A stretch of 63,429 nucleotides of DNA, counting the filler. It is 7 parts of 7 records of this genome, joined end to end, with 100 filler letters (N's around TTAATTAATTAA, not from the genome) between each part and the next. Parts side by side here need not be neighbours in the genome. Positions count along the whole stretch, not along the records: positions 26,768 to 40,195 come from SRR20825014_59; 6 more parts are not named here. One strand, given 5' to 3'. The translations under genes were made by a program, and so were the position numbers. The notes below the pieces were generated by a model, which worked only from the letters and a program-made list of their open reading frames with translations, searched no databases and was not told the DNA's origin. Shown piece after piece: positions 31,372 to 40,295 of the stretch (its first letter is position 1; the number at the start of each line of letters is the position of its first letter).

Positions 31372-32409
31372 TTAGAAGGAGTAAATCGCAGCAATCAAGA
31401 ATGAAGCTTGGTTGCTACTGAAAGCTCCATCACTGTCCACGTAAGGTTCTATATCATTTCCCCAAGTGTCCAAACGAACCTCTGGTTTAATGATAAGATT
31501 ATCTTTTGTAAAGCTACCGGTCAATGTTAATCCAAGAACGGGGGAGTCATCATCAACTGCATCATCAGTAAAAGTCATGTATTCTCCACGGAGTCCAACG
31601 GCAAAGCTATCGGAAGTAGTGAATTGAGGGTAAATGGCTGCACCATAGAAACCGGTTCCTGTCTCGGAATTGTCATTATAGGCCGCATTGATTCCAAAGA
31701 AGAAATCTTCAGTTAAGTCAAATCCTCCGGTATAATCAATTTCAAACCCTAAACCACCATTTCTTCCGCTATCATAATAAAGGTTCAGAAATTGATCGTA
31801 AAATCCTAGCTGACCTCCTAATGAATATTCTCCACTTTCACTGATATCATTTGTATCCCATGGATTCATAACAGCAAGCATTAAGCTTACATCATCAGAA
31901 AGTGCAAAATCTGCTTTAAGACCCAAATGTGAAAATGGTCCATTGGAGAAAAGGTAGGAAACGCTATAGTTAAAGTTAGCTTGAGGAGCAATTACCTCGT
32001 ATCCTAAAAAGGTATTGAAACGACCCATAGTAAGTGTGGTGCTTTCGGAAACATTCCAATACACATACGCCTGATTGATTATGCCATTAAGAACATCGTT
32101 ATTAAAAGTGGCCTCGGTACCTCTAGGGCCAAAAACCAAATCAACGACAACACCGGTATCTCCCATGTCGTAGGTGCCGATTAAATTGGCCATACCTAAT
32201 GCAAAACCTGTTTGGTTGGCAAATGATGTAAAAGTGCCGGTTGTTGATTCTCCGGCGTCATGGAATGTTGTTCTGTAATAAGCGTCAACAGATCCACTGA
32301 GACTGAATTTGGAAGTCTCTTCCTCCTGTGCAGAGGCTGAAAATGTTACCATTGAAATAATGGCGATAGCCAAAATTTTTCCGAAATTTGTATTTATAAT
32401 CGTTTTCAT
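31372..32409 (-). CDS. Outer-membrane beta-barrel porin (BBP2/DUF1597-like)
   Basis: Signal peptide, SGSVDAYY, GRFNTFLGYEVI..NFNYS, C-terminal IYSF. Confidence 0.8.
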   Translation of the reverse strand: MKTIINTNFGKILAIAIISMVTFSASAQEEETSKFSLSGSVDAYYRTTFHDAGESTTGTFTSFANQTGFALGMANLIGTYDMGDTGVVVDLVFGPRGTEATFNNDVLNGIINQAYVYWNVSESTTLTMGRFNTFLGYEVIAPQANFNYSVSYLFSNGPFSHLGLKADFALSDDVSLMLAVMNPWDTNDISESGEYSLGGQLGFYDQFLNLYYDSGRNGGLGFEIDYTGGFDLTEDFFFGINAAYNDNSETGTGFYGAAIYPQFTTSDSFAVGLRGEYMTFTDDAVDDDSPVLGLTLTGSFTKDNLIIKPEVRLDTWGNDIEPYVDSDGAFSSNQASFLIAAIYSF

Positions 32410-32560
32410 ATCATAATCGTTTAGTTGTCCTTTATTGAAGGACAGTTAGTTGTAATAATTGTGAGTTTGATTGAAAAGGTTATTAGACGGAGCGTTTGGC
32501 AGAACGCTCCGTTCCTTTTTTTACAATCTTTTGTGAGTTTGATTAAGAGTTTCCTAAAGA

Positions 32561-33841
32561 CTATTTGTCCTGGGAAATGTGTTCTGGGTATGCTTCTACA
32601 CCATGTTCGTGTAGGTCAAGACCTTCAACTTCCTCTTTTTCAGATACTCTAAGTCCAATAGTTTTCTTCAAGATGAAAAGTACTATGAAGGATGCTAGGG
32701 CCGCCCAAAGAATGTAGGACAACGATCCGTAGGTCTGAACCCACAGTAGTTTGGCTCCGCCACCGTACAATAATCCGCCGTCTAGTGCAAATAGGCCGAT
32801 CAGCACAGTTCCAATGAAACCACATACTCCGTGAACGGAGATGGCTCCTACTGGGTCGTCAATCTTAAGTTTTTTATCGATAAATTCAATGGAGACTACC
32901 ACTATTATACCGCATACCAAGCCAATGGCAAGGGCTCCCCAAGCATTCACGGCTCCACATCCGGCAGTAATCCCCACCAAACCGGCCAAAGCGCCGTTAA
33001 GGGTCATGGAAATATCAGCTTTGCCATATCTAGCCCAAGTAAAAAATAGGGCAGCTATGGCTCCTATCGCAGCGGCTAGGTTTGTATTTATGATAACACT
33101 GGTTGCTGCGATGGTATCATCGCCGCCCCAAGCTAATTGGGAACCTCCGTTGAATCCGAACCATCCCAACCAAAGAATAAATACACCAAGTGCGCCAAAG
33201 GCCATGTTGTGTCCAGGGATTGCTTGTGCTTTTCCATCCACGTATTTTCCGATTCTAGGTCCTACCAAAATGGCGGCAACCAATGCAGCTGCACCACCTA
33301 CGGCGTGTACCACGGAAGAACCGGCAAAATCAACAAATCCTGCGGTGTTCAACCATGCATCGTCATCAAATGGCCAGTACCAGCTACCTGAAATCGGGTA
33401 GATGATGGTGGTAAGGACAGCGGAAAAGATCAAATAGGTCGAAAATTTGGTCCTACCAGCAATTGCTCCCGATACAATAGTGGCTGCTGTAGCGCAGAAT
33501 ACTGTCTGGAAGAATAGGTTGTACCAATCATCGGCACTAAAAAAGAAATATCCTTGATCGGATGGACTAGATCTAAAGAATCCTCCACCTACAAGGTCGC
33601 TACCATACATGATACCGTAACCTAATGCCCAGAACATGACCGAACCAACGGCCAAGTCCATTACGTTTTTCATAATAATGTTACCAGTGTTCTTGCTACG
33701 GGTAAAACCTATTTCCAACAGGGTGAAACCTGCCTGCATAAAAAACACCAATATAGCCGCAAGGGTGATCCAGAGGGCCCCCATGTCGCCAGTAATGGCT
33801 TCAACGGCTTTGTCTATCGCTTCTTGTTCTTGAATAATCAT
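32561..33841 (-). CDS. amt: Ammonium transporter Amt
   Basis: FFMQAGF, DFAGSSVVH, GWFGFNGGS, DDPVGAISVHG. Confidence 0.96.
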   Translation of the reverse strand: MIIQEQEAIDKAVEAITGDMGALWITLAAILVFFMQAGFTLLEIGFTRSKNTGNIIMKNVMDLAVGSVMFWALGYGIMYGSDLVGGGFFRSSPSDQGYFFFSADDWYNLFFQTVFCATAATIVSGAIAGRTKFSTYLIFSAVLTTIIYPISGSWYWPFDDDAWLNTAGFVDFAGSSVVHAVGGAAALVAAILVGPRIGKYVDGKAQAIPGHNMAFGALGVFILWLGWFGFNGGSQLAWGGDDTIAATSVIINTNLAAAIGAIAALFFTWARYGKADISMTLNGALAGLVGITAGCGAVNAWGALAIGLVCGIIVVVSIEFIDKKLKIDDPVGAISVHGVCGFIGTVLIGLFALDGGLLYGGGAKLLWVQTYGSLSYILWAALASFIVLFILKKTIGLRVSEKEEVEGLDLHEHGVEAYPEHISQDK

Positions 33842-33875
33842 AATCTAAGTTTTTAAAGTTTTTTGGCTATTAATG

Positions 33876-34214
33876 TTAGTTGATTCCTGCGCTTCCGCTT
33901 TCCTTGGTTCTAATCCTGTAGGCTTCGATAACATCGGAGATGAAAATTTTTCCATCACCTACGTTGCCAGTGCTCGCAGTGTCCAATAAAACGTTCACGG
34001 TTTTTTCCAGGAAGTCATCGCTAACCACGATAACCAAATACCTTCGTTGAATATCGCTAGTGCTGTACGATATGCCACGATAGACATGTCCTTGTTTTTC
34101 ATTTCCAACTCCCGTTACATCCCAGTAACTAAAGAAGTTGACCTCAATTTGATGGAGGGCTTTTTTTACCTCATCAAATTTGGATTTTCTAATAATTGCC
34201 TCGACTTTTTTCAT
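33876..34214 (-). CDS. P-II nitrogen regulator (GlnK-like)
   Basis: MKKVEAIIR, YRG, TGNVGDGKIF, RIRT; directly upstream of amt. Confidence 0.93.
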   Translation of the reverse strand: MKKVEAIIRKSKFDEVKKALHQIEVNFFSYWDVTGVGNEKQGHVYRGISYSTSDIQRRYLVIVVSDDFLEKTVNVLLDTASTGNVGDGKIFISDVIEAYRIRTKESGSAGIN

Positions 34215-34237
34215 AATTAAGTAGTTAATTGATGTCT

Positions 34238-34245
34238 CAAATATA
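34238..34245 (-). promoter_or_regulatory. Promoter -7 element of the P-II/amt operon
   Basis: Minus-strand TATATTTG matches TAnnTTTG. Confidence 0.6.
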
Positions 34246-34260
34246 TAGGATAAAAGTCAA

Positions 34261-34337
34261 GACCATAAAAAAGTATGGGGGGTGTCGGTTATTTTTATGG
34301 GTATAAAAAAAATACCCCTTAAATTTTAGGGGTATTT
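34261..34337. promoter_or_regulatory. Tandem palindromic candidate operator sites
   Basis: GACCAT-N8-ATGGGG at 34261-34280 and AAATACCCCT-N8-AGGGGTATTT at 34310-34337. Confidence 0.5.
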
Positions 34338-34486
34338 AATTTTATGTTAATGTTTGTTGGGTATTTATTGATTTTAAGTTAACATTTAATGTGTTTGAGC
34401 TCAATTTTCACAAGGTTGAGCGCCTAAAAAGTGATAAATGTTCGTTTTTTAACAAATTTTAACTTAAAAAATACAATTTATAACTA

Positions 34487-34855
34487 CTAAATGTGTTTGG
34501 CGATCCATAATCCCAGAACAACGGCCAAAACGCCGATACCAATGCTGGAAATCATGTAGATAGAAAAGTTGAGCAGGTCGCCGTCCTTTAATAAAGAGTG
34601 TTTTTCAAAAGCGAAAGCGGAGAAGGTAGTAAAGCCACCGCAGAATCCAGTGGCAAGAAATAAGGTGTTGTTGTTCAGTATATTGCCTTTAGCTGACAAC
34701 CCTAGAAAAAGACCTATCAATAAACACCCAATAATGTTTACCAAGAATGTTCCTAGAAAAAAATTATGGAAAAGAGGGTTGAGCGGTTTTGAAATAAGAT
34801 AGCGTAAAACACTTCCTAATCCCCCGCCCAAAAAGACAAGTAAGGCTTGTTTCAT
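34487..34855 (-). CDS. crcB: Fluoride efflux channel FluC/CrcB
   Basis: GGGLGSVLRY, GTFLVNIIGC, GFCGGFTTFSAF. Confidence 0.95.
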   Translation of the reverse strand: MKQALLVFLGGGLGSVLRYLISKPLNPLFHNFFLGTFLVNIIGCLLIGLFLGLSAKGNILNNNTLFLATGFCGGFTTFSAFAFEKHSLLKDGDLLNFSIYMISSIGIGVLAVVLGLWIAKHI

Positions 34856-34871
34856 GCCCTAAAGGTACAAA

Positions 34872-35051
34872 CTAAACCGCTTCTTTGTACTCGGTTTCAA
34901 CAGTCTCTCGGGGGAAGAGTTTGGTGGTTGAGATGTCGGAAATCCGTTGAATTGGTTTTGTAAACCTTTTTTTGGCTCCATTCACGCTGAAAATCAATAG
35001 AATTGCATTAACAGCAAGCAAAACAAACAGGATGCTAAAAAATACAGTCAT
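34872..35051 (-). CDS. 59-aa single-TM small protein (below the ORF-track cutoff)
   Basis: MTVFFSILFVLLAVNAILLIFSVNGAKKRFTKPIQRISDISTTKLFPRETVETEYKEAV*; TACTTTTG element at 35082-35089. Confidence 0.65.
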   Translation of the reverse strand: MTVFFSILFVLLAVNAILLIFSVNGAKKRFTKPIQRISDISTTKLFPRETVETEYKEAV

Positions 35052-35170
35052 TATAGGTTAGGTGCTTAATTAATGGTAAGACAAAAGTACGATTTTTCTT
35101 ATCGGAAGGAAATCGAATGCTTGTTATTGTTGTAAAAGCTACAATTTTTGTGGCAACTGCAAATAAACTG

Positions 35171-35359
35171 TTAATTTTTAAGGAAGTACTTAATTAGAAA
35201 GAGGATGATTATGAAAGATATAAAGGAAACCAGTATCCAAATTACACCTCTGTAATTTTTTTTATGCAGTTTTTTGTCCTTTCGGTAGGATGAAGCGATA
35301 ATCACGACAAAGACAATAAAGAATAGGGCTGCAAAAATTACCTGTCCTGTGCTGAACAT
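35171..35359 (-). CDS. Small two-TM membrane protein
   Basis: 62 aa, two hydrophobic helices around YRKDKKLHKKNY; TAGCTTTG element at 35376-35383. Confidence 0.75.
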   Translation of the reverse strand: MFSTGQVIFAALFFIVFVVIIASSYRKDKKLHKKNYRGVIWILVSFISFIIILFLIKYFLKN

Positions 35360-35398
35360 ATTTTATATTTTTATGCAAAGCTAAATCAAAATTAAGTA

Positions 35399-35785
35399 AT
35401 GAAAAGTAAAATTAAGGCAGTGGAGCTCTTCCACAATTCGTTTGGTCTGGGAGTGTCGCAAAAACCCAAAGCGGATTTAGGAGCAGAAAAGAACAAACTC
35501 AGGTTTAATTTGATGGACGAGGAAAACCGTGAATATTTGGAAGCCGCCAACAATAATGATTTGGTTGAGGTGGCCGACGCGCTTGGGGATATGCTCTATA
35601 TATTATGCGGAACCATATTGGAGCACGGCATGCAATATAAGATTGAAGAAGTGTTCGAGGAGATTCAGCGGAGTAATATGAGCAAGCTCGGTGCCGATGG
35701 AAAGCCTATTTATCGTGAAGATGGGAAGGTGCTAAAAGGGCCAAATTACTTTAAACCGGACATTCAAACTATTATAGATAAATAA
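35399..35785 (+). CDS. MazG-like nucleoside triphosphate pyrophosphohydrolase
   Basis: EENREYLEA, EVADALGD, SNMSK, GKVLKGPNY. Confidence 0.88.
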   Translation: MKSKIKAVELFHNSFGLGVSQKPKADLGAEKNKLRFNLMDEENREYLEAANNNDLVEVADALGDMLYILCGTILEHGMQYKIEEVFEEIQRSNMSKLGADGKPIYREDGKVLKGPNYFKPDIQTIIDK

Positions 35786-35811
35786 AAAAAGGCGCCGATC
35801 GGCGCCTTTTT
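35785..35811. terminator. Bidirectional intrinsic terminator
   Basis: AAAAAGGCGCC-GATC-GGCGCCTTTTT. Confidence 0.85.
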
Positions 35812-35819
35812 GGTTTGGT

Positions 35820-36887
35820 CTAGATGACTTCGTGTCGCCATCCAAATTTATCTTCTGCTCGGTTGTACTGAATATCTGTCATTCTTTTTTTCAATAAAGA
35901 AGCATAGCTTTCTTCCAACTCTGGCAAATCATAATCCTTTCCATGATATCCAAAACCTGAAATCGGAGAAACTACAGCTGCCGTACCTGCCCCGAACATT
36001 TCTTTTAACGAGCCGTTTTCCGCAGCTTCCACCAATTCATGAACGGATATTTTGCGAACTTCGGTTGTAATACCTTCATCCTTGGCAATGTCCAAAATGC
36101 TCTTTCTGGTTATTCCGTCCAAAATACGATCGCTGGTAGGGGCGGTCATCAAGGTATCGTTAATGCGTACAAAAACGTTCATTGCACCAGCTTCCTCAAT
36201 AAATTCATGGGTGTTGTCGTCCGTCCAGATTACTTGTTGGTAACCCTTGTCAGCGGCCAACTTTGTTGGGTAAAACTGTCCGGCGTAGTTACCACCTGCT
36301 TTGGCGTAACCTACACCTCCATTGGCTGCGCGGGAATAGGTTTCTTCTATCAAAACTTTCACCTTTCCAGAAAAATAGGATCCAGATGGAGCACAGGCAA
36401 TTATAAATTTATACTCGTTTGCTGGGGAAGCATGGAATCCGTTTCCTGATGCAAAAACAAATGGTCTAATGTAAAGGGAGCTTCCCGGGTTTTGGGGAAT
36501 CCAATCACTTTCCACTTGGATAAGGGCATTTAACCCTTCCATAAAATAAGCTTCGGGGATTTGTGGAATGGCAAGTCTCTCTGCAGATTTGTTCAACCGT
36601 TTGCAGTTTTCTTCGGGCCTAAAAAGCCAGACCTTACCGTTCTCATCCTTATAAGCTTTCATTCCTTCAAAAATAGATTGGCCGTAGTGGAAAATCTTTG
36701 CAGATGGGTCCAGGGTAATGGGTTGGTATGGAACCACTTTAGGAGCGGACCACTCACCATCTTTATAATCACAGACCAACATATGGTCGGAATAAACACT
36801 TCCAAAGGAAAGATTGTCAAAATCCACATCATGGATTTTTGAGCTTTTGGCTCTTTCTATAGCTATTTTATTCGCTAATGTTTCCAT
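35820..36887 (-). CDS. ilvE: Branched-chain amino acid aminotransferase
   Basis: HYGQSIFEGMKAY, SLYIRP, AKAGGNY, EEAGAMN, ILDGITR, GAGTAAV. Confidence 0.95.
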   Translation of the reverse strand: METLANKIAIERAKSSKIHDVDFDNLSFGSVYSDHMLVCDYKDGEWSAPKVVPYQPITLDPSAKIFHYGQSIFEGMKAYKDENGKVWLFRPEENCKRLNKSAERLAIPQIPEAYFMEGLNALIQVESDWIPQNPGSSLYIRPFVFASGNGFHASPANEYKFIIACAPSGSYFSGKVKVLIEETYSRAANGGVGYAKAGGNYAGQFYPTKLAADKGYQQVIWTDDNTHEFIEEAGAMNVFVRINDTLMTAPTSDRILDGITRKSILDIAKDEGITTEVRKISVHELVEAAENGSLKEMFGAGTAAVVSPISGFGYHGKDYDLPELEESYASLLKKRMTDIQYNRAEDKFGWRHEVI

Positions 36888-36981
36888 ATCACTTACATTT
36901 ACAGGGATAAAATTAGCTATTTATTGTTAGTTTTGGACGTTTATCAAATCTAAATATTGGACTTGACCCACAATTATTTAA

Positions 36982-37470
36982 ATGTTATCAAAAATGAAGA
37001 TTTTTAACACTTTTGCTACTATTATTTTACTAGGTATGGTACTGGTTTCGTGTAAGCAAGAAACCATAGAGGGCGATTACTTTGGAGAAGAATTCAAAAT
37101 TTCCGGGGAGGCTTCCAAAACATCGGCTCCATTTGATGAAATTTCTGGAAAAGATTCCTTACAGACCCAAATAGTTGGTGAGATCAAGGAAGTTTGCCAA
37201 GCCAAAGGATGCTGGATGAAGGTGAAATTGGAGTCCAATGATGAGGTTTTTGTCCGCTTTAAGGATTATGGTTTCTTTGTACCAAAGGATGCCGCAGGAA
37301 AAAAAGTGGTGATGAACGGAGCAGCTTTTTTTGAAGAAATGTCTGTTGAAGACCAAAGGCATTACGCTGAGGATGAGGGTGCTTCCGAAGATGAACTGGC
37401 CCAAATTACCGCCCCCAAGAAAACGCTTAGGTTTGAAGCTGATGGTGTATTGATCGCCAGCCAACCTTGA
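36982..37470 (+). CDS. DUF4920 family lipoprotein
   Basis: Lipobox LVSC; VCQAKGCWM; VRFKDYGFFVP. Confidence 0.88.
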   Translation: MLSKMKIFNTFATIILLGMVLVSCKQETIEGDYFGEEFKISGEASKTSAPFDEISGKDSLQTQIVGEIKEVCQAKGCWMKVKLESNDEVFVRFKDYGFFVPKDAAGKKVVMNGAAFFEEMSVEDQRHYAEDEGASEDELAQITAPKKTLRFEADGVLIASQP

Positions 37471-38132
37471 AACGAAAAATAATCACCACGGGCGATGGTT
37501 CCAAGACCATCCAAATAGAAGATTGGGACGAGCAGTACCATTCCAAACATGGTGCGGTTCAAGAAGCCTACCATGTTTTTATCGAGCATGGCCTAAGGTT
37601 ATTTCAGAATCGAAAAGTCCATCTGCTGGAAATAGGTTTCGGAACAGGACTGAATGCCCTCATTACCCTTCACGAAGCAGTGCGACAAAACCTGCAAATC
37701 GATTATGTTGGTGTGGAAGCGTTTCCTGTTTCCATGGAAGAAGTGAATCAGTTGGACTATTGCGAGCAATTGGGTTTTGAAGGATTAGAGCAAATGTTTC
37801 AAAAAATGCACAGTTGTCCATGGGAAGAAGTCATTTCGATTACAACCGATTTTTCTCTTTTGAAACAAAAAAAGGATTTTAAGCAAATCGACCAGCAAGA
37901 TTTGTTCAACCTTATCTATTTTGATGCATTTGGTGCCCGCGTACAGCCAGAACTATGGACAGAGAAAATCTTTTTAAAAATGTACCAAGCACTTGCAATC
38001 GATGGCGTTTTGGTCACGTATGCTGCCAAAGGTAGTGTGCGCAGGGCTATGCAGGCCGTAGGGTTTACCGTGGAGCGATTGCCCGGACCGCCCGGCAAAA
38101 GAGAAATGCTCAGAGCCCTAAAAACCTCATAA
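37467..38132 (+). CDS. mnmD: tRNA mnm5s2U34 methyltransferase (MnmC MTase-domain type)
   Basis: TGDGSKTI, YHSKHGA, LEIGFGTGLN, YFDAF, GPPGKREM. Confidence 0.85.
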   Translation: MKRKIITTGDGSKTIQIEDWDEQYHSKHGAVQEAYHVFIEHGLRLFQNRKVHLLEIGFGTGLNALITLHEAVRQNLQIDYVGVEAFPVSMEEVNQLDYCEQLGFEGLEQMFQKMHSCPWEEVISITTDFSLLKQKKDFKQIDQQDLFNLIYFDAFGARVQPELWTEKIFLKMYQALAIDGVLVTYAAKGSVRRAMQAVGFTVERLPGPPGKREMLRALKTS

Positions 38133-38265
38133 ATGCCAATAAGCTGTTAAGTTTTATCCTTTTAGTGTCATAAATAGATCTAAAGTTTAAACAAATATGT
38201 TAAACCTAAATTAAGGTCTCATAAACAGTCAATTAAACCTATAACTTTGTACAAAAGGATGATAT

Positions 38266-39210
38266 ATGAAGGTGTTGATAACAGGAGCTACTGGACTGGT
38301 GGGGCAAGCCATAGTAAAGGTGTTGCACCAAAAGGGTATTCCAGTAAATTATTTGACTACAAGCAAAGATAAGATAGATTCTTCCGAAGATTTCCAAGGA
38401 TTTTATTGGAATCCGAACAAAGGAGAGATTGATTTGGATTGTTTTCATGATGTTCAGGCCATCATTAATTTGGCCGGCGCAAGTATTGCCAAACGTTGGA
38501 CTCCCCAACATAAAAAGAGAGTGCTTTCCAGTAGGATCAATAGCCTTCAAACCTTGAAAAAGGGTTTGGAAAAGTCTGGCAATAAGGAGGTGGAATGCCT
38601 TGTTTCTGCATCTGCAATAGGTATTTACCCGGACTCTCTTTGTGAGTATTTTGATGAGGATACCAAAAAGGTAGACGATGGTTTCTTGGGAGATGTCGTG
38701 ACAAAATGGGAGACAGAGGCCGATACTTTTATGGCGCTTGGAATCGATGTCACCAAAATAAGAATAGGCCTTGTTCTTTCTTCAGAAGGGGGAGCATTGC
38801 CAAAAATGGCCATTCCCGTAAAAAACTTTGTTGGAGCACCGATTGGTACAGGGGATCAATGGCAATCTTGGGTTCATATCGAAGATTTGGCACAAATGTT
38901 TGTATTTGCCGTTGAGAACAATCTTACCGGTGTTTACAATGCTGTGGCGCCAAATCCGGTAACAAACACTAAGCTGACCAAGGAATTGGCAAGAATTTTA
39001 GATCGTCCCCTGTGGTTGCCAAATGTGCCCGCTTTCATTCTAAAAGCATTGTTGGGCGACATGTCCACTTTATTATTGGCCAGCCAAAGGGTAAGTGGAA
39101 AAAAAATTGAAGAGGAAGGTTTTGCTTTTCAATATGCCAATATCTGTCAGGCACTTAAAAATTTATATGCTTCACAAGAGGAAGGAATTCCTGCATCCGT
39201 TGAAGCTTAA
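38266..39210 (+). CDS. TIGR01777-family NAD-dependent epimerase
   Basis: ITGATGLVG, INLAGASI, SASAIGIY, SWVHIED; TAACTTTG element at 38242-38249. Confidence 0.9.
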   Translation: MKVLITGATGLVGQAIVKVLHQKGIPVNYLTTSKDKIDSSEDFQGFYWNPNKGEIDLDCFHDVQAIINLAGASIAKRWTPQHKKRVLSSRINSLQTLKKGLEKSGNKEVECLVSASAIGIYPDSLCEYFDEDTKKVDDGFLGDVVTKWETEADTFMALGIDVTKIRIGLVLSSEGGALPKMAIPVKNFVGAPIGTGDQWQSWVHIEDLAQMFVFAVENNLTGVYNAVAPNPVTNTKLTKELARILDRPLWLPNVPAFILKALLGDMSTLLLASQRVSGKKIEEEGFAFQYANICQALKNLYASQEEGIPASVEA

Positions 39211-39241
39211 TACGTTTAAATTTCAACATATTTAAATATAG

Positions 39242-39266
39242 AAAGTCCGCTTAGGCGGCTTTTTTT
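39242..39266 (+). terminator. Intrinsic terminator
   Basis: CCGC-TTAG-GCGG stem followed by a T-run. Confidence 0.6.
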
Positions 39267-39277
39267 ATGTTTTGCGG

Positions 39278-39317
39278 TGACATTTTGACATTTTTATACA
39301 ATTGGCAGTACTTTTGC
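39278..39317 (+). promoter_or_regulatory. Composite promoter of grpE-dnaJ
   Basis: TGACA-TTT-TGACA; GG-N10-GC (39304-39317) overlapping TTTG-N21-TACTTTTG. Confidence 0.55.
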
Positions 39318-39346
39318 CACTTCAAATCAGAATAAAACAATACAAC

Positions 39347-39922
39347 ATGAGCAATAAAAGTAAGGTTGAGGAAATGGAAGATGAGCCTAAAAAAGGGCAA
39401 ACCGAAGAGAGTACTGAGCTGAACGAAGAACATATAGAGGCAGAAAACGCGGAACAAAACGAGGAGGAGCTTTCGGAAGAGGAAAAATTGCGCGAAGATT
39501 TGGCCAAAGAAAAAGAGAAATTCTTGAGGCTTTTTGCGGAATTTGAAAATTACAAGCGAAGAACCTCCAAGGAGCGTATGGATTTGTTCAAGACTGCTGG
39601 ACAAGAAGTAATAGTGGCCATGCTCCCCATTTTGGATGATTTTGACCGTGCATTAAAAGAACTTTCCAAATCTGAGGACAAAGAGATGTTCAAAGGAGTG
39701 GAACTCATCAGTAATAAATTTAGGGAAACCCTTAAGAACAAAGGTCTTGAGCAGGTTGAAGTAGAGCCAGGGGATGCATTTGATGCAGAAGTGCACGATG
39801 CCATCACCCAAATACCTGCACCTGACAAGAAAATGAAAGGGAAGATCATAGATGTAGTGGAAAAAGGGTTTAAACTGGGAGACCGAATCATTAGACATCC
39901 TAAAGTTGTTGTTGGAAACTAA
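39347..39922 (+). CDS. grpE: Nucleotide exchange factor GrpE
   Basis: LRLFAEFENYKRR, LPILDDFDRA, FDAEVHDAI, RIIRHPKVVV. Confidence 0.96.
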   Translation: MSNKSKVEEMEDEPKKGQTEESTELNEEHIEAENAEQNEEELSEEEKLREDLAKEKEKFLRLFAEFENYKRRTSKERMDLFKTAGQEVIVAMLPILDDFDRALKELSKSEDKEMFKGVELISNKFRETLKNKGLEQVEVEPGDAFDAEVHDAITQIPAPDKKMKGKIIDVVEKGFKLGDRIIRHPKVVVGN

Positions 39923-39928
39923 AGTTGT

Positions 39929-40195
39929 ATGAAGGAAGATTATTACGAAATATTAGGAGTCTCCAAAGGAGCCTCTGCTGCAGAAATCAAGAAAGCCTAC
40001 CGAAAAAAGGCCATTGAGTACCACCCGGATAAAAATCCAGGAGATACCAAGGCGGAGGAAATGTTCAAGAAATCTGCCGAGGCATATGAGGTGTTGGGCA
40101 ACCCTGACAAAAGGGCAAAGTATGACCAATTTGGCCATGCCGCCTTCGATGGTAGTGGAGGATTTGGTGGCGGAGGTATGAATATGGACGATATC
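39929..40195 (+). CDS. dnaJ: Chaperone DnaJ (3'-partial)
   Basis: [16 protein letters not shown]-rich linker; follows grpE. Confidence 0.95.
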
Positions 40196-40295
40196 NNNNN
40201 NNNNNNNNNNNNNNNNNNNNNNNNNNNNNNNNNNNNNNNTTAATTAATTAANNNNNNNNNNNNNNNNNNNNNNNNNNNNNNNNNNNNNNNNNNNN
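40196..40295. other. Artificial contig linker
   Basis: N44-TTAATTAATTAA-N44. Confidence 0.99.

Noticed and set aside
34872-35051. Frameshift at the A-run in the small ORF
   Set aside because: Recounting the bases gives one continuous 59-codon frame.
34856-35170. Fluoride riboswitch upstream of fluC
   Set aside because: No recognisable aptamer core; the space is filled by a small ORF ending 16 nt before the start.
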